From a virus (taxonomy: Duplodnaviria; Caudoviricetes), in IMG/VR virus record IMGVR_UViG_3300044568_000638, positions 1 through 62,808 of that record: DNA of 62,808 nt. The stretch is one strand, 5' to 3'. The translations under genes were made by a program, and so were the position numbers. How positions within the stretch are numbered: position 1 is the first letter of the stretch; each line of letters starts with the position of its first letter. Positions 47,805 through 58,116 of this stretch are shown here, piece after piece. Below the pieces are notes generated by a model. That model did not search any database. It was not told where the DNA came from and worked only from the letters and a program-made list of their open reading frames with translations.

Positions 47805-49073
47805 ATGACAGACACAGATGACAACGTAGTAGAACCAGACGTAACAGGCTTTGGTAATCCTAGCCTCAACTCAGATCCAATAGATGAAGATACATCCTCA
47901 CAAATTGATTCACTCCTTGATGAAGCTATCGGAGAAACTACTGAAACGATTCAACCTCAAGTGGAGGAATCCGCACAGGAACCAGATGGCATTCTGGACG
48001 AGCCTGTCGCTCCAACACCTGTTGAGCAAACAAGTGTCGCAGAAACTGCAACACCCACCCCAGTTGTTCAAGAACCTAAAGTTGAAATCGACCCCGAAAT
48101 CGCCGCTATCGAGCAGCCTCGTAATCTTTCGGAAAAAAATCAAAGTAACTGGCGAAAACTTCAAGAAACCGCATCAACATACAAACAGCAAGCCGCTGAA
48201 GCCGAAATTCTGCGTCAACGTCTCGCTGAAGCCGAAGGTAATCGTGCTGAAACCCCGAAAGACTACGACGAACTCAAAAAGTTCCGTGCGATCTTCGATA
48301 TCAAAAATGACCCAGAGTTCAAAAGCAAATACGTTGAGCCGATCCAAAACGCCAAAGAAAGCGTCTACAACATCCTCCGCAAGCATGGCGCGGGTGACGA
48401 AGTAATCAAGTCAATTGAGGCTGCTGGAGGCCCAACAAGGGTTGCTGATGATTTCTGGAGGCAAGATGCTTTTTCAAAGCTCCCACTAACGGATTCCGAA
48501 CGTCTCAAGCGTGGTCTTGTTGACGTATCTGACCTACAAGAAAAACAAGAAGCTGAAATTGCTAATGCTGCTGAACACGCTGAAGAAATTCTTGTTCAAC
48601 GTGAAACTGTAAATAAAGAATGGTATGATAATACAGTTAAAGACATTGACAATACCATTGACGAAATCACTAAAGAATTGCCGTGGGCTAGATATGCTGA
48701 ACCAGCACCTAATGCAACTCCAGAGCAACTTATTCAGATTCAGAAACACAATGAGACAGTTTCTGGTCTTGCACAGAAGTTTGAGTCAGCACTATGGCCT
48801 ACAACAGCTCAAGAACGAGCAAATGTAGCCGCATCTGCTGTGTTTTCCCATGTGCTAACAGAGCAACTTCGCACTGAACAAGCTCAGAAAAGCGCATTGA
48901 TGCAACAGATTAGTCAATTGACTAATGAAAACAATAAACTAAAGGGATCATCCAAGATTCCAAAGCCATCAATTAATACTCCAGCAAGTAACAAGCCAAG
49001 TTCTATGCACGACCGCATTAAAATGAATGCTTCTGATGCAATTGACCTCGGTTTGGATGAAGCTGGATCTTAA
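47805..49073 (+). CDS. Capsid scaffolding protein
   Basis: Acidic disordered N-terminus, coiled coil, upstream of capsid gene. Confidence 0.7.
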   Translation: MTDTDDNVVEPDVTGFGNPSLNSDPIDEDTSSQIDSLLDEAIGETTETIQPQVEESAQEPDGILDEPVAPTPVEQTSVAETATPTPVVQEPKVEIDPEIAAIEQPRNLSEKNQSNWRKLQETASTYKQQAAEAEILRQRLAEAEGNRAETPKDYDELKKFRAIFDIKNDPEFKSKYVEPIQNAKESVYNILRKHGAGDEVIKSIEAAGGPTRVADDFWRQDAFSKLPLTDSERLKRGLVDVSDLQEKQEAEIANAAEHAEEILVQRETVNKEWYDNTVKDIDNTIDEITKELPWARYAEPAPNATPEQLIQIQKHNETVSGLAQKFESALWPTTAQERANVAASAVFSHVLTEQLRTEQAQKSALMQQISQLTNENNKLKGSSKIPKPSINTPASNKPSSMHDRIKMNASDAIDLGLDEAGS

Positions 49074-49116
49074 AAGTTACTAACTTATACACAAAACTTG
49101 TTATAAATAGCTATAT

Positions 49117-49305
49117 ATGTTTATAACAGATGATGAGATTGCTGCAATTAAATCATTGAATTGCGAAGATCCGTTTTTATTAAAAAAATCACCATCTGAA
49201 TTCGTTGAGATGTTAATGATTAATAAAGATAAAAGCATCAAAGTATATAACTCAATTAAATCAATACCCAAAAGAGATTTTTCTCATTTTGATAATAAAG
49301 AATAA
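49117..49305 (+). CDS. Hypothetical protein
   Basis: Fills gap. Confidence 0.45.
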   Translation: MFITDDEIAAIKSLNCEDPFLLKKSPSEFVEMLMINKDKSIKVYNSIKSIPKRDFSHFDNKE

Positions 49306-49317
49306 TAAAAATTAAAT

Positions 49318-50394
49318 ATGACACCTAAAGTATCGCCAGATGAGCGAATCACGATGAACGCATTGGAATCTGCTGACCCGTTTGCAAGACCCGGACAGGT
49401 AATTCCACCTGTAAATCAGAATCGAGTTGCTAAAAAGCCGGGGCGTAAGCCGAAAGTTGAGGAAAAAGTCAAATCTGAGGCAAAAACTCAAAAAGTTGAG
49501 GAAAATGTCAAGATTGAAGAGGAAAAAACTCTTGAAAACATTGAAATTCCAGTTTTGACGGAAAAAAGCATACATATTTCCGACAAAACACCTGAAATTC
49601 CCATTGTAGAGGAAGTTCAAGCACAAGAACTAAACAATACATTGCCATATGAGCAACCTATAGTAGAGTCACGCTCAAGTGATGGGCTTCCATCGTATCG
49701 TTGCGAGTTTGCAGGACGTGACATCTTTGTTGGCTTTCCATGTCATAAAACAACTAACCCTGTAACGGCATTCACGATGATTGCAATGGCACTTGACTTC
49801 GGACGCGACAAGATTCGCTTCGATATGTCAATTGGTAACGCAATGATTTACCATTCTCGGAACATACTTGTGAAAAAGTTCCTAGAAACGGACGCAAAGT
49901 GGTTGTTTATGATGGATGATGACATCATTCCTTCAATTGGTCGTCCAGCATGGATGCGTTCAACTGTTCATGCAGCTCGTAATCTTCCAGATTTGCCCCT
50001 ACAACGCCATATCCTTCACAGATTGATAGGTAGCGGCAAAACACTTGTTGGAGGGGCTTATTTTGGCCGTCAGGAAGGTACGCCAATAATGTGTTCGGAT
50101 CGTTCCCTTGATTCTAAAGCTCGCGCCTATACTGATGTGATTGCCCCAGTTGATTGGATTGCTACAGGGTGTCTATTGATCCACAGAAAGGTATTCAATG
50201 ACATTAAAGAAAAATTCCCTGAATTATCGCCGCAGAATCCGAATGCTCCTGATGCGGCATTCGATTACTTCCATCCTATTAATTCTCAAACAGGACAAGA
50301 TGTTTCGTTCTGCAAGAGAGCAAAGCAAGCTGGACACCAACCCCACATTGACCTCGGAACACCAGTTTTCCATATCGGATACAAAAGCTATTAA
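49318..50394 (+). CDS. GT-A (GT2-like) glycosyltransferase with charged N-terminal extension
   Basis: SRN, LFM.DDD, GCLLIHRKVF, GQDVSFC, H.G. Confidence 0.8.
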   Translation: MTPKVSPDERITMNALESADPFARPGQVIPPVNQNRVAKKPGRKPKVEEKVKSEAKTQKVEENVKIEEEKTLENIEIPVLTEKSIHISDKTPEIPIVEEVQAQELNNTLPYEQPIVESRSSDGLPSYRCEFAGRDIFVGFPCHKTTNPVTAFTMIAMALDFGRDKIRFDMSIGNAMIYHSRNILVKKFLETDAKWLFMMDDDIIPSIGRPAWMRSTVHAARNLPDLPLQRHILHRLIGSGKTLVGGAYFGRQEGTPIMCSDRSLDSKARAYTDVIAPVDWIATGCLLIHRKVFNDIKEKFPELSPQNPNAPDAAFDYFHPINSQTGQDVSFCKRAKQAGHQPHIDLGTPVFHIGYKSY

Positions 50395-50970
50395 ATGAAA
50401 CACAAGATTTACTCTTATTACGAAAGCATTCAGACGTTGCCTCAAGCAGAGCAATTCGCTTGTGCTAATTGGTGGAAGACATCGTGGGAAAAAAATGGAT
50501 GGGATTGCGTGATGCTAAACAAGTCCCACGTTGGAGCATCCAATCTCCACACAAAACTCGTTTCAAAGCTAGGGAAAGTTCTCCATATACTTCCTGACAA
50601 CTTGCGAGGTTATTATCCACAGCTAGTCGCTCGTTATCTTCGCTGGTGCGGTCTTCACGCCGCTGGTGGTGGGTGGATGTCTGATTACGATGTCGTTAAT
50701 CTTGGATTTACTCCATCTGACGCTATTCCTTATCAAGGTGAGTTAAACATGATAACTGATCGTCCGTGCTATCTCTTTTATGCAAGTCAAGAAAATTGTG
50801 CAGCGGCTATTCACAAGTTTATCTCGGAAGAATTCATCCTTGATGGATTGTTGAAAAAAGAGTCCGATATTCTCAACATAAAAGATAGACTATCTGCTAT
50901 CAGTGATAAAGTTCGTCACATTGATAAAAGTGACATTCCTAAGTCAGAAGTGATGGCATCTTTGATGTAA
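50395..50970 (+). CDS. GT-A DxD (GT32-like) glycosyltransferase
   Basis: SW...GW, R......GG.MSDYD. Confidence 0.6.
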   Translation: MKHKIYSYYESIQTLPQAEQFACANWWKTSWEKNGWDCVMLNKSHVGASNLHTKLVSKLGKVLHILPDNLRGYYPQLVARYLRWCGLHAAGGGWMSDYDVVNLGFTPSDAIPYQGELNMITDRPCYLFYASQENCAAAIHKFISEEFILDGLLKKESDILNIKDRLSAISDKVRHIDKSDIPKSEVMASLM

Positions 50971-50974
50971 GTTA

Positions 50975-51436
50975 TACAATGCTTACTTGGTGGTGAGTTC
51001 GGTGCATAGCAGATCCCACATAATGGGATACTGCTAAAAATACACGATGCTTTCTCGTATGGAGCCGTTCGTATGCTTTTATGAATCACTCGGCCAGAGG
51101 TCGTCCTTTGCCTAGCCTTACTTTAGTTTACACCTTTCGGTGAGAGCCAGTTTGATTCGCAGACCTCTTCCTTTCGGAAGAAGCTATTAAGTTGGTAGTC
51201 TGTTACCCCTCCCAACGCCTCTCCTTCACACGGGAGTCCTTTTCAGGTTTGTTCCGCAGTCATGGGATAGAACCATGCCGTGCTACGCTCATCTTATTTT
51301 AGGGCTACTTTTGGGAACTGCCGTGAAGCTTCATACAAAAGGAAAAACCCGCCTTGATATTCACAGTATCGAGACGGGTTATTTTGCTGGAGAGTAAAAT
51401 TGTTTCGCCTGAATCCTGTGAAAATTCAAGTAAGAT
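50975..51436 (-). ncRNA. Candidate large structured ncRNA
   Basis: No long ORF; many hairpins, three with GAAA tetraloops on the minus strand; upstream promoter. Confidence 0.6.
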
Positions 51437-51442
51437 GTTAGA

Positions 51443-51531
51443 AATATTGCATTGTTTTTTTAACAGGTCAAATGTTTTTTTCATCGTGACACAATTATTT
51501 TTTCTATGTCATGGAATGTTTTTTGTTGACA
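51443..51531. promoter_or_regulatory. Divergent promoters
   Basis: Minus: TTGACC (51466-51471) N17 AATATT; plus: TTGACA at 51526 with poor -10. Confidence 0.5.
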
Positions 51532-51559
51532 TATCCGTGAATATATCGCAGTTCTAAAT

Positions 51560-51784
51560 TCACTTCGGCAGATAGGTTCCGTATACCTATGACTCCGTGG
51601 AAGTCACAGAATCCACAAACAGGCCGTATTAACAAGCCCAACGTGCCGGGGCGAACAAACAAGAAAATTGTGCAAAATTGCAATGCGATTCCATGCACAC
51701 TTGAATGTCGCCCAATAGATCTTCTAAAGGGTCGGTTCAAGCAGAACAAACCTAAACAAACAAACAAAACAGAAAACAAATATT
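51560..51784 (+). promoter_or_regulatory. Structured 5' leader of capsid gene
   Basis: Nested stems, possible pseudoknot, A/C-rich tract before ATG. Confidence 0.55.
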
Positions 51785-52984
51785 ATGGCTCAAGAATGTA
51801 TCCCACTAGCGACAATTCAAAATTTCGCTTCTAAAGACGTAAATCGTATCATCGGTCAGATCGCTAAGGTCTTGGCTCGCAAATCCCCATACATCAACTC
51901 GATTGATGGTGGAACCCTTCCATCCGTTTCGGACGTTGTTCGTAGCGTGGTTGAGGAAATGGCAGTTCCTGCCGCAAGCCTCGCTGCTCCTACCTTCGTT
52001 AACGACACGGGTCTTTGTGGTGTCGGTGCAACCCCTGACGTTGTTGGCTCGACTGAGTATCAGTTTCAACTCCAGACCCTCCGTGGTGCTGGCCCTCGCG
52101 TTTGTGTAAAACAAGCTCGCACCGCCTTTAAGGGTTCCTACCTCCAAGCTCAAGTTTCTCTTGAGAAAACAATCCTTCAGATCATCAATGCTGACATCCG
52201 TTATCAATACTTGATTCAGTCTGGTATCAAATACGTTGTCAACAGCACATTCTCGTTTGGAAATAACCTCACGGGTGATATGCAGCAGATCAACACCCAG
52301 TTCGCCGCGCATCTCCCCGATGCACAGATGAACTTCAAAACCCTCTATCGTATTGGCACGTTCCTCCGCGAAGAGATGCTTGCAGAACCTTTCGCATCGA
52401 AAGATGGAGAGTTCTTCCAAGTTCTTGCTTCCGCTGATCAGATCGAAGCCTTCCGTAACGATGCAGACGTAAAAGAAGACTTGCTCTATCTTACCGCTGG
52501 ATCGTTCAAATTGGGTGATGAGTCCATTTCTGGCTATCAGTTTATGGGTTATCGTGGTTTTGCTTTCGGTATCGACCAACAGCCACTTCGCGCAAGCGGT
52601 TTCGACGGCAGCGGCAACCTCGTCCTCGTAAACCCAATCGTCAGCACCGCTGTTACGAATGGTTTTGCCCAACGCCGCAACCCAGCTTGGGTAGCTGCTG
52701 AGTATGAAGTCATGTTCGTTATCGGTGGTGAAGCATTCAAACGTCTTGTGCCTGAACAATACGTTGGCGAAGGAACCTTCCGTTTCGCTCCTCAACTCGC
52801 TATGGGTGAGCTGGAGTGGACGTATTTCCGGGACAACGATTGCAATCTTTATGGTGATTTCGGTCAGCATATTTATCAAATCCAACGCGCTATTCAGCCA
52901 ATCCGCCCACAGAACGTGTGCGCCATTGTCTACAAGCGTTGCCCATTTGATGGCAATCCCCTTCCTTGTTCAACTGAACTGTAA
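51785..52984 (+). CDS. Major capsid protein
   Basis: 399 aa, strong codon bias, follows scaffold, own leader and downstream hairpin. Confidence 0.8.
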   Translation: MAQECIPLATIQNFASKDVNRIIGQIAKVLARKSPYINSIDGGTLPSVSDVVRSVVEEMAVPAASLAAPTFVNDTGLCGVGATPDVVGSTEYQFQLQTLRGAGPRVCVKQARTAFKGSYLQAQVSLEKTILQIINADIRYQYLIQSGIKYVVNSTFSFGNNLTGDMQQINTQFAAHLPDAQMNFKTLYRIGTFLREEMLAEPFASKDGEFFQVLASADQIEAFRNDADVKEDLLYLTAGSFKLGDESISGYQFMGYRGFAFGIDQQPLRASGFDGSGNLVLVNPIVSTAVTNGFAQRRNPAWVAAEYEVMFVIGGEAFKRLVPEQYVGEGTFRFAPQLAMGELEWTYFRDNDCNLYGDFGQHIYQIQRAIQPIRPQNVCAIVYKRCPFDGNPLPCSTEL

Positions 52985-53001
52985 TTAGGTAGGTTAATAT
53001 C

Positions 53002-53029
53002 GGTGCGGCTGGATAAAACTAGCCGCACC
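53002..53029 (+). terminator. Hairpin after capsid gene
   Basis: ggtgcggctgg/ctagccgcacc. Confidence 0.65.
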
Positions 53030-53056
53030 TAATTAGCTTATTTAATTAAAAAAAAT

Positions 53057-53320
53057 ATGGAAAATGTACCTTCAATCCTTGACACCGCAAAATTCCGTCA
53101 TTTAGTTCTTGATGGGGTTTCTAATATCGCTAACTCTATTCAAGGATTTCAAATCCCAGAATATGACGAACTCGCATTGACTTACTATGGTTCGACGAAC
53201 AATATCGCAACTGTAGCTTACAGTAAAGCATCTGTTGTTGTTGCAACATTGACATTGACATATTCCGTGCAGCCTCCTACTGTAAATGACGCAAATTTAG
53301 TAATGGTTAGCATAGCATAA
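53057..53320 (+). CDS. Putative capsid decoration/adaptor protein
   Basis: YD...LTY.....I.TV.Y......VATLTLTY. Confidence 0.55.
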   Translation: MENVPSILDTAKFRHLVLDGVSNIANSIQGFQIPEYDELALTYYGSTNNIATVAYSKASVVVATLTLTYSVQPPTVNDANLVMVSIA

Positions 53321-53321
53321 T

Positions 53322-53495
53322 ATGGCAGTTAGATTCAATCCATTTACTGGCAAGCTAGATTTTAGTCCAAGTGCCTCGCTCACAATCAGCGAAGATGGCA
53401 CATTGCCAAATGGAAATGAAGTTGCCCAAATACAAAGCGGAGAACTTATGAATGTAGCTGAAATTGATGCTGGAGAATATAGTCCATCACCTTAA
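53322..53495 (+). CDS. 57-aa linker protein
   Basis: [10 protein letters not shown] start, IDAGEY near end; hand-translated. Confidence 0.65.
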   Translation: MAVRFNPFTGKLDFSPSASLTISEDGTLPNGNEVAQIQSGELMNVAEIDAGEYSPSP

Positions 53496-53558
53496 AACTT
53501 TCTGAATAACCAGAATAACCAAAAAAACAAAACAAAACAAAAAAAACAATAAAAAACT

Positions 53559-54197
53559 ATGGCAAATCCAATCCTTCGCATTAAACGTGGTTCATCGACA
53601 CCAGCAAGTCTGTCTTCTGGAGAGTTGGCAATGGATCTCACAAATCTCAGCCTTTTCGTTGGTAAAGCTGACGGAACCCCACTCGCTATTGGTGGTTCTG
53701 GCACGTTCGCTACCAAAGTATACGCTGATGCCGCTGTTTCCGCTGCAAACTCGACTCTTACTGCTGCTATCGCCGCAGAAGAAGCCGCTCGTATTGCCGC
53801 TGACGGCACATTGACATCGGCAGTTTCAGCAGAGGTTTCCCGGGCTACTGCCGCTGAAGGTGTTATCGCTTCCGACCTCGCTACTGAGACAAGCAACCGC
53901 ACCAGTGGTGATTCGACCCTCGACGGCAAAATCACAATTGAGAAAAACCGCATCGACGCAATCCTTTCTGCCGCAAGTGCAGATAGCGACACGTTTGCTG
54001 AAATCGTTTCCCTTATCAATAGCGTTGATACGGCTAACGACTCGGCTTTCGCTGGTTATGTTATCAGCAATGACGCTCGTGTTGCCGCAGCAGAGGCATC
54101 CATCTCCGAGGAGGTGAGTGCGCTTGCCGCAGCTGATTCGGCTCTCGACACTCGCGTAACTGCTCTCGAAACCACCATTGATGGTGGAACTTACTAG
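53559..54197 (+). CDS. Coiled-coil fibre with Mtd-N-like head
   Basis: IKRG...L..GELA, E..R...D repeats, IDGGTY end. Confidence 0.7.
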   Translation: MANPILRIKRGSSTPASLSSGELAMDLTNLSLFVGKADGTPLAIGGSGTFATKVYADAAVSAANSTLTAAIAAEEAARIAADGTLTSAVSAEVSRATAAEGVIASDLATETSNRTSGDSTLDGKITIEKNRIDAILSAASADSDTFAEIVSLINSVDTANDSAFAGYVISNDARVAAAEASISEEVSALAAADSALDTRVTALETTIDGGTY

Positions 54198-54212
54198 TCC
54201 CTAAACTAAAGT

Positions 54213-54240
54213 CCTCTAGGGGGATCAAAACCCCTAGAGG
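54213..54240. terminator. Perfect 10-bp hairpin
   Basis: cctctagggg/cccctagagg; weak T tract. Confidence 0.5.
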
Positions 54241-54255
54241 CATCCCCATTCTATA

Positions 54256-54846
54256 ATGGCTAACCCAATCATAGTCCCTAAAAAAAGCACAATTGCTGCA
54301 CGGGTTCCTGCAAACGCAGACCTTGCATCTGGCGAGATTTGCATAAATCACGCAGATAAAAAACTTTATGCCAAGCATCCATCGACGGGTGCAATCCAAG
54401 AAATTGGTGGTATGTCCGTGCATTCTCACGACGAAATTTATTCCCCTGATAGCAGTCAGGTTTTAGAACTGCAAAACAACGGAAACCTCACCATAACGGC
54501 AGGAGGTACTACAAAAACTTTCACGCTTCCTAGTTCATCTGGAACTATAGCAACATTGGGTGACATTACTGCAAGTGTTGCTGGAGTTACTTCACTTAAT
54601 ACAAGAACTGGTGCAGTTACAATCGACAAGACTGATGTTGGTCTTGGAAATGTGGATAACACCTCGGATGCTAATAAACCAATTTCAACTGCTACACAGA
54701 CTGCTTTAAACGGCAAGATTGGTAGCAACATAAGCGGAGCAACAGGAGCAACTGCCTTGACTAACATGATGCAAATCACATTAGCTGGGTACAACGCACT
54801 TGGTGTTAGCATTAATTCTAACACAGTTTACATAATTGTAGGATGA
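54256..54846 (+). CDS. Fibre connector protein
   Basis: L..GEI.IN, VTS.N..TG.V, DVGLGNVDNTSD..KP.STA, NTVYIIVG. Confidence 0.7.
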   Translation: MANPIIVPKKSTIAARVPANADLASGEICINHADKKLYAKHPSTGAIQEIGGMSVHSHDEIYSPDSSQVLELQNNGNLTITAGGTTKTFTLPSSSGTIATLGDITASVAGVTSLNTRTGAVTIDKTDVGLGNVDNTSDANKPISTATQTALNGKIGSNISGATGATALTNMMQITLAGYNALGVSINSNTVYIIVG

Positions 54847-55709
54847 TTTTAACTAATTCCAGTGCGGCAAATGTAGGCGCAAGCAATGTAACTGCAATTG
54901 CATCTGCAACGGCATCCTTCCGTCAACTCATGTGCTATTTAAGCACGACTATCTCCACCGCATTGACAGGCACAAGAGGGCTAATTAAAAACGGGGTTGG
55001 TCAATTAACTCTATCTGGAGTATGCAATTATACTGGGCCAACGCAAATTAACGCTGGAACGCTTGCCGTTACAGGCGCATCAACTCTCAACGGAGTTATT
55101 AGCGGAGCAGGAACATTAAGAAAAACTGGAACGGCAGTTTTAACAATAGGTGGGAATAATACTTACTCTGGAGGAACATCGTTTGTTTCATCTGGGTTAG
55201 CTGGATTGATAGAATACAGCTCAAATAATGCTTTTGGGACAGGACTCTTTACTCTCTCTAACGCCGCAGGACGAATTGATTCGGGGGGTAGTGTAACCCT
55301 ACCTAATGACTTTCAATTAAATACTGCACTTCAGATTCGCACTCTTGGAGGAAACACAATAACTTTTACTGGCAATATTGCAGGGACTGGAAATGTCAGT
55401 AAAACAGGAAATGGGACTATTGTCCTGTCGGGAACATTAACCTACACAGGGCAAACAATTATTACAACGGGCTTTTTGCGAGCGTTCAAAACAACTGGAG
55501 CATCAACCGCGACCGCAACATTTAACGCGACTGGCTCATTCATTACTGTTTCGTTCAATGTTTCACCTCCGTCTGGTGTTACAACATTTCGCTTCTTTCA
55601 AGGTTCAACATCAGGCACTTGGGGCGTAGGAACCCTTACAGGAGTTCCAGTTGGAACAACAGCAACCTATAATTCAACAAACTCAACCCTCTCTGTAACA
55701 GTCCCATGA
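54843..55709 (+). CDS. Adhesin with autotransporter-associated beta-strand repeats
   Basis: Three K.G.G.L.L.G..TY.G.T repeats. Confidence 0.75.
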   Translation: MILTNSSAANVGASNVTAIASATASFRQLMCYLSTTISTALTGTRGLIKNGVGQLTLSGVCNYTGPTQINAGTLAVTGASTLNGVISGAGTLRKTGTAVLTIGGNNTYSGGTSFVSSGLAGLIEYSSNNAFGTGLFTLSNAAGRIDSGGSVTLPNDFQLNTALQIRTLGGNTITFTGNIAGTGNVSKTGNGTIVLSGTLTYTGQTIITTGFLRAFKTTGASTATATFNATGSFITVSFNVSPPSGVTTFRFFQGSTSGTWGVGTLTGVPVGTTATYNSTNSTLSVTVP

Positions 55710-55921
55710 TAATTACTCCAAACGCAAATGGCTGGTCATACGACGATTCTGTAGGAAAATGGAAATTGGCATATGAAGAGAAAACCATTATGTTCTACCA
55801 ACAAACAGATGAATCCATTGCCACGCCACAAACATTATTTGTAGGGACTCACGAAGAATGCGAAGAGCAGATAGTGAAAGAGGGCTTATCTTGGCCTGTT
55901 GAGGTTGAGATAACCGCTTGA
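55706..55921 (+). CDS. Hypothetical fibre-associated protein
   Basis: ATGA overlap. Confidence 0.55.
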   Translation: MIITPNANGWSYDDSVGKWKLAYEEKTIMFYQQTDESIATPQTLFVGTHEECEEQIVKEGLSWPVEVEITA

Positions 55922-55953
55922 CAAAAACGCAATGCAACGATTAATAATAAACT

Positions 55954-57528
<1,575 letters not shown>

Positions 57529-57533
57529 TTAAA

Positions 57534-57707
57534 ATGAACGATAACGCAACAAGTCACGGATTAATGGGTACTGTCATATCGACCACGGGATTTGTAATTT
57601 CAATGTTACCAGAAATAGAAGCGTCAATCAGAATGACGGGTGGGCTAATCAGCATTGTTGCTGGTATTTTGACTTGCATCTATATGGTAAAGCAAATTTT
57701 TAAATAA
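57534..57707 (+). CDS. Small membrane protein (holin/antiholin candidate)
   Basis: 57 aa, two hydrophobic segments, basic end. Confidence 0.5.
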   Translation: MNDNATSHGLMGTVISTTGFVISMLPEIEASIRMTGGLISIVAGILTCIYMVKQIFK

Positions 57708-57748
57708 AATCAAAAAAATCAAGAACTTCAAATAACACTTGACCTATT

Positions 57749-57943
57749 TTGAGAATTCTATTCACATTAATTGTATGCCTTGCATTAACAAGCTGCATAT
57801 CAATTCCCATTCCTCCAAGTGGAGATAAAATGGGTGACTATGGAAAAGTAGAAATTGGAATAAAAATTAGGTATATACCAAACGACCAACTCGATTGGTT
57901 TAATCCCATAATTCCGCAACCTAAACTATATAAAGACAAATGA
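57749..57943 (+). CDS. Lipoprotein (spanin-like candidate)
   Basis: Signal peptide with LTSC lipobox in lysis cluster. Confidence 0.55.
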   Translation: MRILFTLIVCLALTSCISIPIPPSGDKMGDYGKVEIGIKIRYIPNDQLDWFNPIIPQPKLYKDK

Positions 57944-58116
57944 AAATCGTAGATTACATCTTGGCTCGTCTCTCAGAATCGTCAACCTATCGCGGTGCGA
58001 TTTTTCTTCTAGGTGGAATTGGTATTGCCGTTGCTCCTGAACAAGCCAATGCTATCGCGGCAGCATCTATGGCGGTTGTAGGAGCTATCAACGTATTCCG
58101 AAAACAAAAGAAATAA
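57940..58116 (+). CDS. Holin
   Basis: RL.E.ST.RG, two TM segments, basic tail, TAATG-coupled to endolysin. Confidence 0.7.
   Translation: MKIVDYILARLSESSTYRGAIFLLGGIGIAVAPEQANAIAAASMAVVGAINVFRKQKK

Noticed and set aside
47884-48405. 173-aa alternate-frame ORF in scaffold gene
   Set aside because: Explained by a local patch of C-ending codons; no motif support
50996-51004. AGTTCGGTG shared with 23272
   Set aside because: A 9-mer match is expected by chance in a genome this size
51058-51098. Resemblance to group II intron domain V; AGACUA group I-like word nearby
   Set aside because: No AGC/CGC triad with a proper stem, no P7 partner, no interrupted gene
51806-52885. 359-aa antisense ORF over the capsid gene
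   Set aside because: Codon-aligned shadow of a strongly biased gene; no recognisable motifs
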